Source: a virus. Taken from it: a stretch of DNA of 64,000 nucleotides. Every line of letters begins with the position of its first letter. Positions within the stretch are counted from its first letter, which is position 1. Made by a program: the position numbers and the translations under genes. Of the stretch, positions 17,304 to 26,767 are shown in pieces. Below the pieces are notes generated by a model that saw only the letters and a list, made by a program, of their open reading frames with translations, was not told where the DNA came from and did not search any database. The DNA is taken from positions 1 through 64,000 of IMG/VR virus record IMGVR_UViG_3300043449_001732, one strand, 5' to 3'.

Positions 17304-17840
17304 ATGATTCGTTACTATAACGGTACTTATGGCGGCTCATTGGGCAATCAGGCCGGCATGGAAAGTGCTGCTGGCATGCTTGCCGGTTCTCCTAGTTTTG
17401 ATATCAATAAAAGGAGTGGCGCACTGGGCGGACGCTCCGGAGAGCAGCTCAAGCGTTTGTACGAAGGCGGTACGCAACAAAATGAACAGCTAAACGAAGA
17501 ACTGCGGCAACGTGGAATCATGCCTCGTTCTGGTCCGCAGCTGCCCCTTGCTTTTGGTGAGACTCCCTCTATGGGTAACGAAGGTCTTTTTGGGGGGCCT
17601 CAGTATGGACAAGAAGCATCTCTCAATAATTTTGGGGGTATTAACGGGATGGAGCTTGCCCAGGCAAAACCTGCTTCATTTAATTTTTTAAATCCTCTGA
17701 GTTGGTTCCAAGGGCAACCCCAAGAAGCAATTCGCCGTGCAGAACAAGGAATTGCGCCCGCAAAAGGCAGTGGATCTATGACGGAAAATCTATTGCGCCG
17801 TAAAGCGATGGAAGCACAGATAATGAAAGGTTTGCGTTAA
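17304..17840 (+). CDS. hypothetical Gly-rich protein
   Basis: 178-aa ORF abutting the upstream gene. Confidence 0.6.
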   Translation: MIRYYNGTYGGSLGNQAGMESAAGMLAGSPSFDINKRSGALGGRSGEQLKRLYEGGTQQNEQLNEELRQRGIMPRSGPQLPLAFGETPSMGNEGLFGGPQYGQEASLNNFGGINGMELAQAKPASFNFLNPLSWFQGQPQEAIRRAEQGIAPAKGSGSMTENLLRRKAMEAQIMKGLR

Positions 17841-17884
17841 TCTTGTAAACTGTTAAACTAACAGTACAGAAAAGAACCAAATAA

Positions 17885-20245
17885 ATGGCAGGCGACGCTA
17901 AGGCCAGGCTTCAAGAAATTATTAACGCTTATATCGATAAAGACAGTTCCACTGTTGTCGATACTGGCGTAGTTGCCTCGCATTTGGCGCAAATGAAACT
18001 TTTTGGCATCCGTCAGGGTGTTGAATTTTTCCCTGCGCAAGACAACTTCGGTAATCAACGCAAAGACTTTATTGATCGCGTAGTTAAATACAATCAGATT
18101 GACACACGCCTGGATTCAATCTGGGACTATTTCATGTGTGATGGCCAGGGTATCTTTTATATCCGACCCACGCAAAACAACTATCGCCTTTATTATTTTA
18201 GGCGTCATGAGTATCGTTCTTTTTATAACATTGACGGCGAGCTTGACGAAGTTGTAATCATCTATAGCTACAAGGTCCGCCAGGGCCTTGGTTTCCAGCA
18301 GGACATTGCCAGCAACAACCTGACAGGCCCTGCTTATATGGGACAAGGCGGAGCAAAACGTTACATCCGCCTTTCAATCAAACGACGAACAATTGAGGAG
18401 ACTCATTCGGAAGGAGAACTTTCTTTCGATACTGTTTATCAAGCGAACCCAGGGAAAACTAAAACTTTTAAAAATACGCTTGGATTTATTCCCTGCGTTG
18501 AGATCTTTAACAACCCCAAGGGCTTCTCGACTGAAGGCATTGGTGAGTTTGAAGCATTAGCCAACCACATCTGCACGCATGATGAAATGGTCCGCACCAT
18601 GCGGAAGAACGTGCAGTTCTTTGGTAATCCAACCCTTCTTTCGTCTCGGCCCAAGACCGACCTTATGGAGGCTGGCGGCGATGTAGCTGTACAACGTCCG
18701 TCTATTGCAGCCAACTCAGGCTTTGCTGGCATGGGTGGCTTGAGTCAATCGCGGTTCAAAGCAGACCCAATCTCCCGTGGTGTTGACGGTCAAATCCGCG
18801 TGCCAAGAGTGATTGCCAATCTGGAACCCAACGACCGTGTTGGTTACATTGTCCCAGATGCCATCACTGGCGACCAGAATTCCTTCGCACGTCAGTACCG
18901 AGAAGAAATTCGAACAGCTTTAGGCGGTGTTGATGAACTTTCCATTTCTGCTGGTGTGACGGCTACAGAGTACAAGTCTTTGTTTGGACGTGTTTCTGCA
19001 ACATCGAAGAAAAAAGCAAATGCTATTTACACCTATGGTGTCTGCCGTTGCCTAGAGCTCATTATTTACCAGGAAGAACGCTTATTCCGCGAGACGTTGG
19101 CGGCAGCTGCAGGACTAGAGAAACCCCTGGAACTACCGGAGACTGCATCTGACGCAGATATTGCTGCCTATAACGATGCAATGAGTGCGTTTGAAGAGCA
19201 GGTCAAGCAATTGATGATGGCTTGCTTGAAGACTCAGCAGATTCCACCCGGTGTACTTGGGTTGATTCCCGATGGTGATGTCACGATGCAGTGGCGCTGG
19301 CTGGGACCCGTATATGAAGATTCCACTCAAGATGTACTGAACAACTCCATTGTTGTTCGAAATCTGCAAGAATTAGGTGTTGATAGCATTGAAGCACTGA
19401 AGTACCTCTTCCCGTCTAAGACGGATGAAGAAAGGGCCGGGATGCTATCAGGTTTCCCGTTCAGGATGGTGAATGAATTGCAGAGTGCTTACTCTCAATT
19501 TGCTCGCCTGGTGGGTGGAATGATGCAGACCCCCCATCCGCAATCACCGGACTTACCGATGGCTGCAGATCCGCGATTGGATTTAACCCCATATCTGTAT
19601 CGCACTTTAGAAGCTCTACAAAAGGAGATGAGTTATGCAGGACGCTACCGTCCAATCGATCCCACAGACGAGCCAAGCACCAGCGGCCGTCGCTCCGAGC
19701 AGTTACGTGATGGCAGCTCCGGCTCCTCAGGCAACTCCGGCCAGCTACCAGGCGGCTCCAGTGGCTTATCAGGTGGGTACCAGCTACCCCCAAGCGGTAC
19801 CTCAGGCGATCCCCAGCTACCAATCAGCCCCTACGCAGTACGCCCCCCAATCCCAACCGGCGGAATCGACGGGGAACCCATGGGAATCGGCGTTCAACAA
19901 GGTGGTGAACCTGCTGAGCGCTCCAGTTCAATCCCCGTTCCAGGGAGCACCCTCGCAGGCGCCGACAGCGTATACCCCAGCCAATTACGGCCAGATCAGC
20001 GGCCCCAATACGCAACAATCGGTAGCGCCGATCTCGTATCTCAGCCAGGAATCCTCGCCCAACTATTCCCAAACTTCCTCCAGTCCGTCCTTGGCGGAGA
20101 TCGCGGATTACCTGGGGCTGAGCCAGGAAAGCCGGATGGTAATCGACGCGTACGGGGTGGAAGCTCCGGCTCTGCTGAACAACTACGCCCTGAATCTGGA
20201 AGGGATGCTGGACAGCGCCGTCGCGTGGGGAAACCGCGCCGCTGA
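17885..20245 (+). CDS. portal protein with long low-complexity C-terminal extension
   Basis: position between terL and capsid; N.LGFIPCV...N and helical portal-like pattern; tail overlaps the next gene. Confidence 0.75.
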   Translation: MAGDAKARLQEIINAYIDKDSSTVVDTGVVASHLAQMKLFGIRQGVEFFPAQDNFGNQRKDFIDRVVKYNQIDTRLDSIWDYFMCDGQGIFYIRPTQNNYRLYYFRRHEYRSFYNIDGELDEVVIIYSYKVRQGLGFQQDIASNNLTGPAYMGQGGAKRYIRLSIKRRTIEETHSEGELSFDTVYQANPGKTKTFKNTLGFIPCVEIFNNPKGFSTEGIGEFEALANHICTHDEMVRTMRKNVQFFGNPTLLSSRPKTDLMEAGGDVAVQRPSIAANSGFAGMGGLSQSRFKADPISRGVDGQIRVPRVIANLEPNDRVGYIVPDAITGDQNSFARQYREEIRTALGGVDELSISAGVTATEYKSLFGRVSATSKKKANAIYTYGVCRCLELIIYQEERLFRETLAAAAGLEKPLELPETASDADIAAYNDAMSAFEEQVKQLMMACLKTQQIPPGVLGLIPDGDVTMQWRWLGPVYEDSTQDVLNNSIVVRNLQELGVDSIEALKYLFPSKTDEERAGMLSGFPFRMVNELQSAYSQFARLVGGMMQTPHPQSPDLPMAADPRLDLTPYLYRTLEALQKEMSYAGRYRPIDPTDEPSTSGRRSEQLRDGSSGSSGNSGQLPGGSSGLSGGYQLPPSGTSGDPQLPISPYAVRPPIPTGGIDGEPMGIGVQQGGEPAERSSSIPVPGSTLAGADSVYPSQLRPDQRPQYATIGSADLVSQPGILAQLFPNFLQSVLGGDRGLPGAEPGKPDGNRRVRGGSSGSAEQLRPESGRDAGQRRRVGKPRR

Positions 20246-20609
20246 TGCGCTGACCGGTTACGCCAACTTTGCGGTCAACGAGCACCAGGAGAACCTGGCG
20301 TACAACGAGATCCTGACCAACCCCGACGTGCTTAGCGATTACACGCTGAAGTTCTTTGGTCCCGAAGGTCCGTATCCCGTGTACGAAAATGAAGCTCAAT
20401 TAGAGACTCGTGGCTACCCGACCCAGGCCCTGGAACAACCCCAATTTGGTCAGTTCCCTGCACCTCCTGCGGCTGCTGCTCCCCAAGCTCCTGAAAACTT
20501 CTGGGGTTCTTTCGGTGAGCAAATGGCTCGTGATCCCCAGAATGCTTGGCGCCTTCTGAACCAAGCTCAGCCTCAAGTTGTTGCAAACAAACTGTTTGTG
20601 ATGGAGTGA
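19635..20609 (+). CDS. capsid scaffolding protein
   Basis: AAGGAG RBS; P/Q/A-rich acidic protein upstream of the capsid gene. Confidence 0.65.
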   Translation: MQDATVQSIPQTSQAPAAVAPSSYVMAAPAPQATPASYQAAPVAYQVGTSYPQAVPQAIPSYQSAPTQYAPQSQPAESTGNPWESAFNKVVNLLSAPVQSPFQGAPSQAPTAYTPANYGQISGPNTQQSVAPISYLSQESSPNYSQTSSSPSLAEIADYLGLSQESRMVIDAYGVEAPALLNNYALNLEGMLDSAVAWGNRAADALTGYANFAVNEHQENLAYNEILTNPDVLSDYTLKFFGPEGPYPVYENEAQLETRGYPTQALEQPQFGQFPAPPAAAAPQAPENFWGSFGEQMARDPQNAWRLLNQAQPQVVANKLFVME

Positions 20610-20613
20610 GGCG

Positions 20614-21150
20614 ATGCGTCCACTCCTTAAATTAGGTGTACCTGCTGCAGCTGGCTTAGCCACGGGTGGGTACGCCCTTTCTCAAGGTGAAGATCCCGGC
20701 ACTGCTGCTCTTGCCGCAGGTACTGGTGCATTGGGTGGGGCAGCTGGCTTACTCGGCGCGCGTCTTGCTGGTAAATACATGTCTCCTGCCTTGCTTAAAG
20801 CAGGCAAAGAAGGAAAAGTTGCTGCAGAAAAAGCTCTACTTGAATCTGCGGTCACCATGCCTGAAGGCTCCCGGCGCCAGAATGCAATTCTGGGTTTAAT
20901 TGACCGTTCCGCTGGAATCAACATTCCTTCTGAAGAATCTTTTACTCGTGGTTTGGGTAAAGCAACGTCTGCTGGTCTTGTTCCTGCAGGAGCACTTACG
21001 GCAGGTTTAGGCGGTGTCGCCCTTGGCGCTATCCCGGCATCTATGGGTGTACCTGGTTTCCAGCAAGGTGGACCAGTTGATCCTGAGTCCTATGGTTCCA
21101 GCAATTCCGCTGGTGCGCGTTACAAAACGCCTACAATGCAGTACATGTAA
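20614..21150 (+). CDS. Gly-zipper membrane/virion protein
   Basis: multiple GxxxG helices. Confidence 0.5.
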   Translation: MRPLLKLGVPAAAGLATGGYALSQGEDPGTAALAAGTGALGGAAGLLGARLAGKYMSPALLKAGKEGKVAAEKALLESAVTMPEGSRRQNAILGLIDRSAGINIPSEESFTRGLGKATSAGLVPAGALTAGLGGVALGAIPASMGVPGFQQGGPVDPESYGSSNSAGARYKTPTMQYM

Positions 21151-21256
21151 TTTTTTTAAATTACCAACTGCTAAAATTTGTGTTAGATAAGACACACTGA
21201 TGTCTGAATCTTTTACCCGATAAAACACTTCCTGCGATATTGGAGGATAAAACAAA

Positions 21257-22423
21257 GTGTTTCTTGATACCGACTTTCCAAAGATCCTTGGTGCGGAACT
21301 TTACCGTCCCCACCCTGCCTACATTGCCGAGATGGCAGTGGAGCCCGTGGTTGTCCACGACTTCACTCGTCAGCCTGGTCAAACTGTTCAGTTAGACCGC
21401 TATAAGTTCTGGGGTACCCCTGGTACTAAGGACAGCCGTGAGCGTATTGCCGACCAAACCATCGGTACCGCTAACAGCCGTAACATCACCAAGGAGAAAG
21501 TCCTGGTGGTGCTTAAGGAATACACCGGTCCTGCAGACCCGGGTGATCCTACCCAGCCTTCGACCTTCAAGATTGCCCGTGAGACCCTGGTCACCGCTCA
21601 GCGCCTGCTGCTGGACACCGGCAACCTCAACATGTTCCACCAGTCCATCGGCAGCCTGACGCTGCTGGATGACTACCGTCGTTGGCGCGACCGCGTGTTC
21701 ATTGATGAACTCGCCAAAGCCGAAGCCAATGGTGCCGCGTCTACCACCCAAGGTGGTTACTACTTCGCTGGTGGCAAGGTCAAGGATGCTTCTGGCCGTA
21801 TTGCCTACACCTCCACCGAGTACGACAACGAAGTTCAACAGTTCCAGGTGCGTACCGACCTGCTGACCGTTGTTAAGGACCTGCGCAAGCGCAACGTTCC
21901 TACTTACGCTGATGGTCTGTATCGCTGCATCTGCGATCCTACCTTCATGATGCACCTGCGTCGTGATCCCGACTTCCGCGAGATCGCTCGTTACGCTGGT
22001 AATCCTGGCCAAGGCATGTACATGGGCAACCCCATGATGCCTAACAATGCTAGCTTCTTCCAGGGTCCCCAGGCTGGTCAAGCTTACTTCCTGGCTGGTG
22101 AACCTGTCATGCCTACCGGCGTGCAGTTTGAAGGCGTCAAGTTCTTCGAGTCGACCAACTTCCCGACCAAGAGCATCAGCACCTCTTTCAGCGGCACCGG
22201 TGGTACCTACGCTTCCAAGGAAGTGGCTCAGGGTTATTTCTTCGGTCCTCAAGCCATTGGCGTGGGTATCGGCGGCCCGAACGCTCAGGTGCTCATCAAC
22301 AACAACGATGACTTCAGCCGTTTTATTATCTTAATTTGGCAACTGTACGCCGGTTTCGAAATCCTGAACAAGGACTTTGTGACCACCGCGTTCAGCTATG
22401 TGCAAGATGACGGCACCATCTGA
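21257..22423 (+). CDS. major capsid protein
   Basis: 388 aa; GGAGG RBS; strongest codon bias in the window; PG.TV and DDF.R...L.W features of HK97-fold capsids. Confidence 0.85.
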   Translation: MFLDTDFPKILGAELYRPHPAYIAEMAVEPVVVHDFTRQPGQTVQLDRYKFWGTPGTKDSRERIADQTIGTANSRNITKEKVLVVLKEYTGPADPGDPTQPSTFKIARETLVTAQRLLLDTGNLNMFHQSIGSLTLLDDYRRWRDRVFIDELAKAEANGAASTTQGGYYFAGGKVKDASGRIAYTSTEYDNEVQQFQVRTDLLTVVKDLRKRNVPTYADGLYRCICDPTFMMHLRRDPDFREIARYAGNPGQGMYMGNPMMPNNASFFQGPQAGQAYFLAGEPVMPTGVQFEGVKFFESTNFPTKSISTSFSGTGGTYASKEVAQGYFFGPQAIGVGIGGPNAQVLINNNDDFSRFIILIWQLYAGFEILNKDFVTTAFSYVQDDGTI

Positions 22424-22457
22424 TCAATAAACAATAACTAAACTACAGGAAAAATAA

Positions 22458-23261
22458 ATGACTTATTTGTCCGCTAAGAAAATCTATCCCGGCAACTGGG
22501 CTGAGCCCCTGAACGGCTGGTATAAGAACATTGACGCCGATTATGCCGGCACCAATGATGGCTCCAAGGGCGGCCCCACCTCTGTGCTGGCCCTCCCTGG
22601 TTACCGCTACTTCCAGCAGCGTGGTTACGTGGCAGTTACTGCTACCTCTGGTGTTGGCCCTGTTGCTTCTGCTGATGTGATCGTTCCTTCCCCCTACCGG
22701 AATGACGACACCCGTACTGATATCACCGGTATGGTGATCTCTGGTTCCAGTACCCTGCCTGCTTACGTGTATCGCACTGCGATCTCCGTGGCTTCCGGCT
22801 GGGGCGACGGTCGCGTTGCTTCCGGTGTGTATGCAGCTACTGGTAACGTGATCTCGTTCGGTCGCGTGAGCTCCAGCAACCCCACCGCCGCTTCTGGTGT
22901 GGGCGAAGGTGTGATTCAGGCCAACCTGACCTCCACCGTCTCCGGCTCCCAGGCAGGCGAAATCTACTTCGCTGGTGGTACCGCTGGTTATGGCACCAAC
23001 CCCTTCCTGACCATCACCGGCGCCACCGGTGTTGCTCCTGGCACTGTTAACTACGCCGCTACTGTTGCGACCACCCTCAAGGTGTTTGCCAAGGAAACCG
23101 CCAACAGCACCACCACTTCCGGTGGCTTCTACATCTCCAGTGGTGATGCAAACGCTGGCCGCACCGGTTACCTGGTTGTGGAAGTGTGCTACATCCAGCC
23201 CGATGAAGCTCCTGGTTACGAAGACATTGATGGCTACCTGACTGGTCGCACTGTTAGCTGA
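22458..23261 (+). CDS. abundant structural protein (capsid decoration or tail)
   Basis: high-expression codon bias; T/G/S-rich beta protein after the MCP. Confidence 0.6.
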   Translation: MTYLSAKKIYPGNWAEPLNGWYKNIDADYAGTNDGSKGGPTSVLALPGYRYFQQRGYVAVTATSGVGPVASADVIVPSPYRNDDTRTDITGMVISGSSTLPAYVYRTAISVASGWGDGRVASGVYAATGNVISFGRVSSSNPTAASGVGEGVIQANLTSTVSGSQAGEIYFAGGTAGYGTNPFLTITGATGVAPGTVNYAATVATTLKVFAKETANSTTTSGGFYISSGDANAGRTGYLVVEVCYIQPDEAPGYEDIDGYLTGRTVS

Positions 23262-23301
23262 TTAGGGTAAACTAGGACCAGAGATTAACTCCCTGGTCCT
23301 T

Positions 23302-23712
23302 ATGTTGTATCAGCACAGAAAAACAGGCGCTCGCGTCAAAGTTGTAAGTGAGTTCGATAACGGTGATTGGTTCATGGTTGAAGACCAGGACGGACGCCTT
23401 TACACTGCCTACAAAAGCGAGTTACTGCCTGACGAGACAGCCACTAAAACGGTAAAAACTCTTCAGGTAAAAGATAAAGCCGCAAAAGAAGAGCCCCGTG
23501 CTTTTCCTCCTGACAATCGTTTGAATATTAATTCCGCTACCGCCCAAATGATCGCTGATCACATTAAGGGTATCGGTCTTAAAACTGCCCGAGAAATCAA
23601 GGATCTACAGATGTCTTTATCGGGTGAGCGATTCAATAACTTGGAGCAACTCAAACAGATTAAAAGAGTGGACTGGGGAGCAGTTCTTGCGGCTGATCTG
23701 ATTCGAGTTTGA
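23302..23712 (+). CDS. helix-hairpin-helix (ComEA-like) DNA-binding protein
   Basis: LNINSATA..I...IKGIG.KTA.EI......F.NLEQL. Confidence 0.8.
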   Translation: MLYQHRKTGARVKVVSEFDNGDWFMVEDQDGRLYTAYKSELLPDETATKTVKTLQVKDKAAKEEPRAFPPDNRLNINSATAQMIADHIKGIGLKTAREIKDLQMSLSGERFNNLEQLKQIKRVDWGAVLAADLIRV

Positions 23713-23722
23713 TAAACAAAGT

Positions 23723-23748
23723 AAACCCCTGGGAAACCAGGGGTTTTT
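23723..23748 (+). terminator. intrinsic terminator
   Basis: AAACCCCTGG-GAAA-CCAGGGGTTTTT. Confidence 0.9.
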
Positions 23749-23778
23749 ATTTTAAAATTAATACAATGCTTAGTTGAT

Positions 23779-24477
23779 ATGGGCCAGAAATATTACTTTG
23801 GAACAATTGGTTCCACAGGGACTTCAACTGGTCCTCATGGGCACTTCTATGTCAAAGACTTGGCATCTAACAAATACATTGACCCTGGCACCATCAAGAG
23901 TCGCCTGACGGGCTTTCGTGTAGGCGAAAAGGAAATCCCTTTAATCACTGCAAATCAACAAGGGCAATTAGATTTAAATCCCGCTGCTGGCTTAACACTT
24001 ACTTCTAAGTATGGGCCAAGGGCTCAGCCAACGGCAGGGGCATCTACTTTTCACCAGGGCTGGGATCTCGCTGGACCCGAAGGAACACAGCTTAAGTATG
24101 TCTCTGACGGTGGTACGTATGCACCTAAACAAAACCAAGGTGGCTACGGTAATCTTGGCACTTTCATTACGCCTGATCAACGATATGAGATTGGTGTTGG
24201 CCACTTAAAAGACTTGGGGCAGCAAGCTGCAGGCGCACGTTCTACTGCACCTAAGCCGACCGCAAGCACACCATCCAGTGATGCGGCGCTTGAGATGCTT
24301 AAGTCTTTATTTTCAGGAGCACAGAAACCTGAAGAAAAGCAACAGAACCTTGCTGAGCAATTGCTAGGACAGACACTAGGTGATCTACTCACTGGCGCCG
24401 CCAAACGAAAAGCAAGTACGTTTGACCCATACGAAGGTTACACAATTGATTCAAGCGTCTTGGATCAGTTTGCGTGA
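23779..24477 (+). CDS. M23-family peptidase, circularly permuted
   Basis: GSTG.STGPH.HF..IDP precedes H.G.D, GGYGN and GHL. Confidence 0.8.
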   Translation: MGQKYYFGTIGSTGTSTGPHGHFYVKDLASNKYIDPGTIKSRLTGFRVGEKEIPLITANQQGQLDLNPAAGLTLTSKYGPRAQPTAGASTFHQGWDLAGPEGTQLKYVSDGGTYAPKQNQGGYGNLGTFITPDQRYEIGVGHLKDLGQQAAGARSTAPKPTASTPSSDAALEMLKSLFSGAQKPEEKQQNLAEQLLGQTLGDLLTGAAKRKASTFDPYEGYTIDSSVLDQFA

Positions 24478-24516
24478 TTTTATGCATTTATAATTGAATA
24501 ACAAAGGGAAGTAGAA

Positions 24517-24978
24517 GTGCAATTATCGGATTTCGATAAAAGCAAAGTCAGGTACCATTTGGGGTATTTCACCGTATCTGTTCCAGCGGGTGACTACGCT
24601 CGCCTGGAAGAGGCGATGAATACCATTCCCGACTCTTATTTCTACGATAAAATTTCTATTCAACTTGGTCGGTGCGACACAGCTGAAAAGAAAACAGAAG
24701 TAGCCACTTCGCCCTCTACGCGACTCGAAAGTATTGCGGGTGACGTGGATCGTACGATTCGCTCTAGCAATGCCAAAGAAGCGTTAAAGGTTTGGGATGA
24801 GATCTATCTCTACGAAACCAATAGGTTGGCGCAGATTCTTTATGTGCCCAACTATAAAGATCCGTTCCAGGCTCGTTATAGATACGAACGCTCTGGCGCA
24901 GAATTCATCCAGGCTTTACCTGGACCTGCCGACGTTTCCGTAGGCACCCGTATTTACTTACATGAGGCTTGGCGCTAA
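24517..24978 (+). CDS. putative head-tail adaptor
   Basis: K.KVRYHLGY N-terminus; position; function inferred. Confidence 0.45.
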   Translation: MQLSDFDKSKVRYHLGYFTVSVPAGDYARLEEAMNTIPDSYFYDKISIQLGRCDTAEKKTEVATSPSTRLESIAGDVDRTIRSSNAKEALKVWDEIYLYETNRLAQILYVPNYKDPFQARYRYERSGAEFIQALPGPADVSVGTRIYLHEAWR

Positions 24979-25859
24979 TGTCTTTACTTAATAGGCTTCT
25001 TCCCCCGCCCTTAACAAATCCTCTCCTGCAAGGATTAGGTAATGAATTGCGCTATGCCGGTGGACAGCTGTTGCAAGGGCGCACTCCTTATGCAAAACCT
25101 GCAGTGGGCTCGATTCCTCCTAGTGCTAATGGGGAATCTTATCGTCGTGCCGAACTGCGCTTAGGTGACGCTGCCAAAGCAGGTGGTGGTGGCGGGGGCG
25201 GTGGAAACGCTGGATATTCAACGTCTTTTGGCGCCCAGCAAGGCGGTTACTCTCCTGCTGCAGAGCGTGCATATCAGCAGGAAGTCTCACGCGTTGCCCA
25301 GCTGACCGCACAAGATCCAGAACTTCAGCGTTACGAAAAGGCTCGCAAAGAGGCAGTTACTGCTGGCCCTGGTTCTGCCGCTGAGCAATCTGCAGAAGAT
25401 ATGGGAATGCAGATGTGGGCAAAAGCCAATCCCAAACTTGCAGCAAAAGTTAAACCTGGCCAAGCCGGTTACGATGCAATCCAACGTACTATTGGGGCGG
25501 GTCAAATGGGCTCTCCCATGAACTTCCCATTTGATAACAGCTCCCCCCTTGGTACGACACCTCCCGTTTCCCCAGAATCGTATGGTGTTGCAAAGGTTGC
25601 CCAAGGTTTAGGTCTCTCACCTTTACCTGCAAATTCTTTTGCAGGAGCTTCTGCAGCACCTTATGCAGGGTTTAATCAAGGCCAAACTTTACAGAGTGCT
25701 CCCCTCGGCATGCCGACTGAGATGCCAAGTGCTTCTTATGCTGGTGCAACGGGCCTACAGCCTGTAGGGTCTGAGCTTCCGAAGTTTGATCCCAAGGGTG
25801 CAGAAGCTCAAAAGCTTCTTGAAATGTTTAAAGACTCTATCTTTTCTACTCAAAAGTAA
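24969..25859 (+). CDS. hypothetical virion-associated protein
   Basis: 296-aa Gly/Pro/Ala-rich ORF. Confidence 0.55.
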   Translation: MALMSLLNRLLPPPLTNPLLQGLGNELRYAGGQLLQGRTPYAKPAVGSIPPSANGESYRRAELRLGDAAKAGGGGGGGGNAGYSTSFGAQQGGYSPAAERAYQQEVSRVAQLTAQDPELQRYEKARKEAVTAGPGSAAEQSAEDMGMQMWAKANPKLAAKVKPGQAGYDAIQRTIGAGQMGSPMNFPFDNSSPLGTTPPVSPESYGVAKVAQGLGLSPLPANSFAGASAAPYAGFNQGQTLQSAPLGMPTEMPSASYAGATGLQPVGSELPKFDPKGAEAQKLLEMFKDSIFSTQK

Positions 25860-25944
25860 TTCTCTGGCATTGCAAGGCATGTAAGCCCAGCCAACTGGAC
25901 ACAGATCTTTGATCTACGGGGGCCAGTGTTGTTGCTTTAAAACC

Positions 25945-26061
25945 ATGATTCTTTGTCCTAAGTTTGTTAAACGTACTTTGACCTATTTGGCTACGGCCCT
26001 TTCGCTGCAAACCGTATTCATTCCTGGTCTCAAAGCAAGTTCAAACTGGGTAGGAGAATAA
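25945..26061 (+). CDS. 38-aa peptide (MILCPKFVKRTLTYLATALSLQTVFIPGLKASSNWVGE)
   Basis: fills the gap before the muramidase; basic then hydrophobic; not in the ORF track. Confidence 0.5.
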   Translation: MILCPKFVKRTLTYLATALSLQTVFIPGLKASSNWVGE

Positions 26062-26071
26062 GAGCATCATC

Positions 26072-26767
26072 ATGAATGAACGCCAGCTACTGGAACAAAA
26101 AGTCAAAAGCCCAAGCGTGCAGAATGCATTGCGAGTTCTTCGCTTTGCAGAAGGCACCGAAAGGAATGGTCCCGATTCCTATCGGGTCATGTTTGGCGGT
26201 GGCTTGGCGCCAGACCTAAAGCGTCATCCCGACAGGGTTATTAACACCGGTGGGTATGCAAGTTCTGCCGCTGGTGCTTATCAGTTCTTGACGCCAAGCT
26301 GGCAGTCACATGCCAGTGCTCTAGGGCTTCAAGACTTCAGTGCTGCCAACCAAGATATTGCGGCAACCCGTGCGATGCGTAATCGCCTGATGCCCATTGG
26401 TGGCTTGGCTACCCTTGAGAAAGAAGGGTTTAGTCCTCGCGTATCAGCAGCCCTTGCTCCAGAGTGGGCATCTCTTCCTACGGAAACTGGTAGAAGCTAT
26501 TACGGGCAGCCTGTCAAAAAACTTTCTGAATTACAGAAAGTTTATGGTCAGACTGTACAACCGACTACACAAGCTTCAACCCCTTCACCGGAAACTGCAA
26601 AAGCAGTAGAGAAAGGCAATTCACTTGCCGATGCGTTGCTTGGGTATGTTCTCAAGAACAGTCTCAGTGCAGGCGTCACGAATGCAACGATGTCTCCGGA
26701 AGATCTCCTAAAGGCGTCAAATCCATATAATCTGACTCCGCTTGACGCCATGAGGATGTTTGAGTAA
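26072..26767 (+). CDS. lambda-lysozyme-like muramidase/lytic transglycosylase
   Basis: AEGT, Y.V.FGG, S.AAGAYQFL..W, DFS...QD.AA, EWASLP. Confidence 0.9.
   Translation: MNERQLLEQKVKSPSVQNALRVLRFAEGTERNGPDSYRVMFGGGLAPDLKRHPDRVINTGGYASSAAGAYQFLTPSWQSHASALGLQDFSAANQDIAATRAMRNRLMPIGGLATLEKEGFSPRVSAALAPEWASLPTETGRSYYGQPVKKLSELQKVYGQTVQPTTQASTPSPETAKAVEKGNSLADALLGYVLKNSLSAGVTNATMSPEDLLKASNPYNLTPLDAMRMFE

Noticed and set aside
19824-20399. 191-aa antisense ORF in the portal/scaffold overlap
   Set aside because: Explained by GC-rich constrained codons; no RBS or motif
21392-22252. 286-aa antisense ORF over the capsid gene
   Set aside because: Shadow ORF expected from the strong codon bias of the MCP; no motifs
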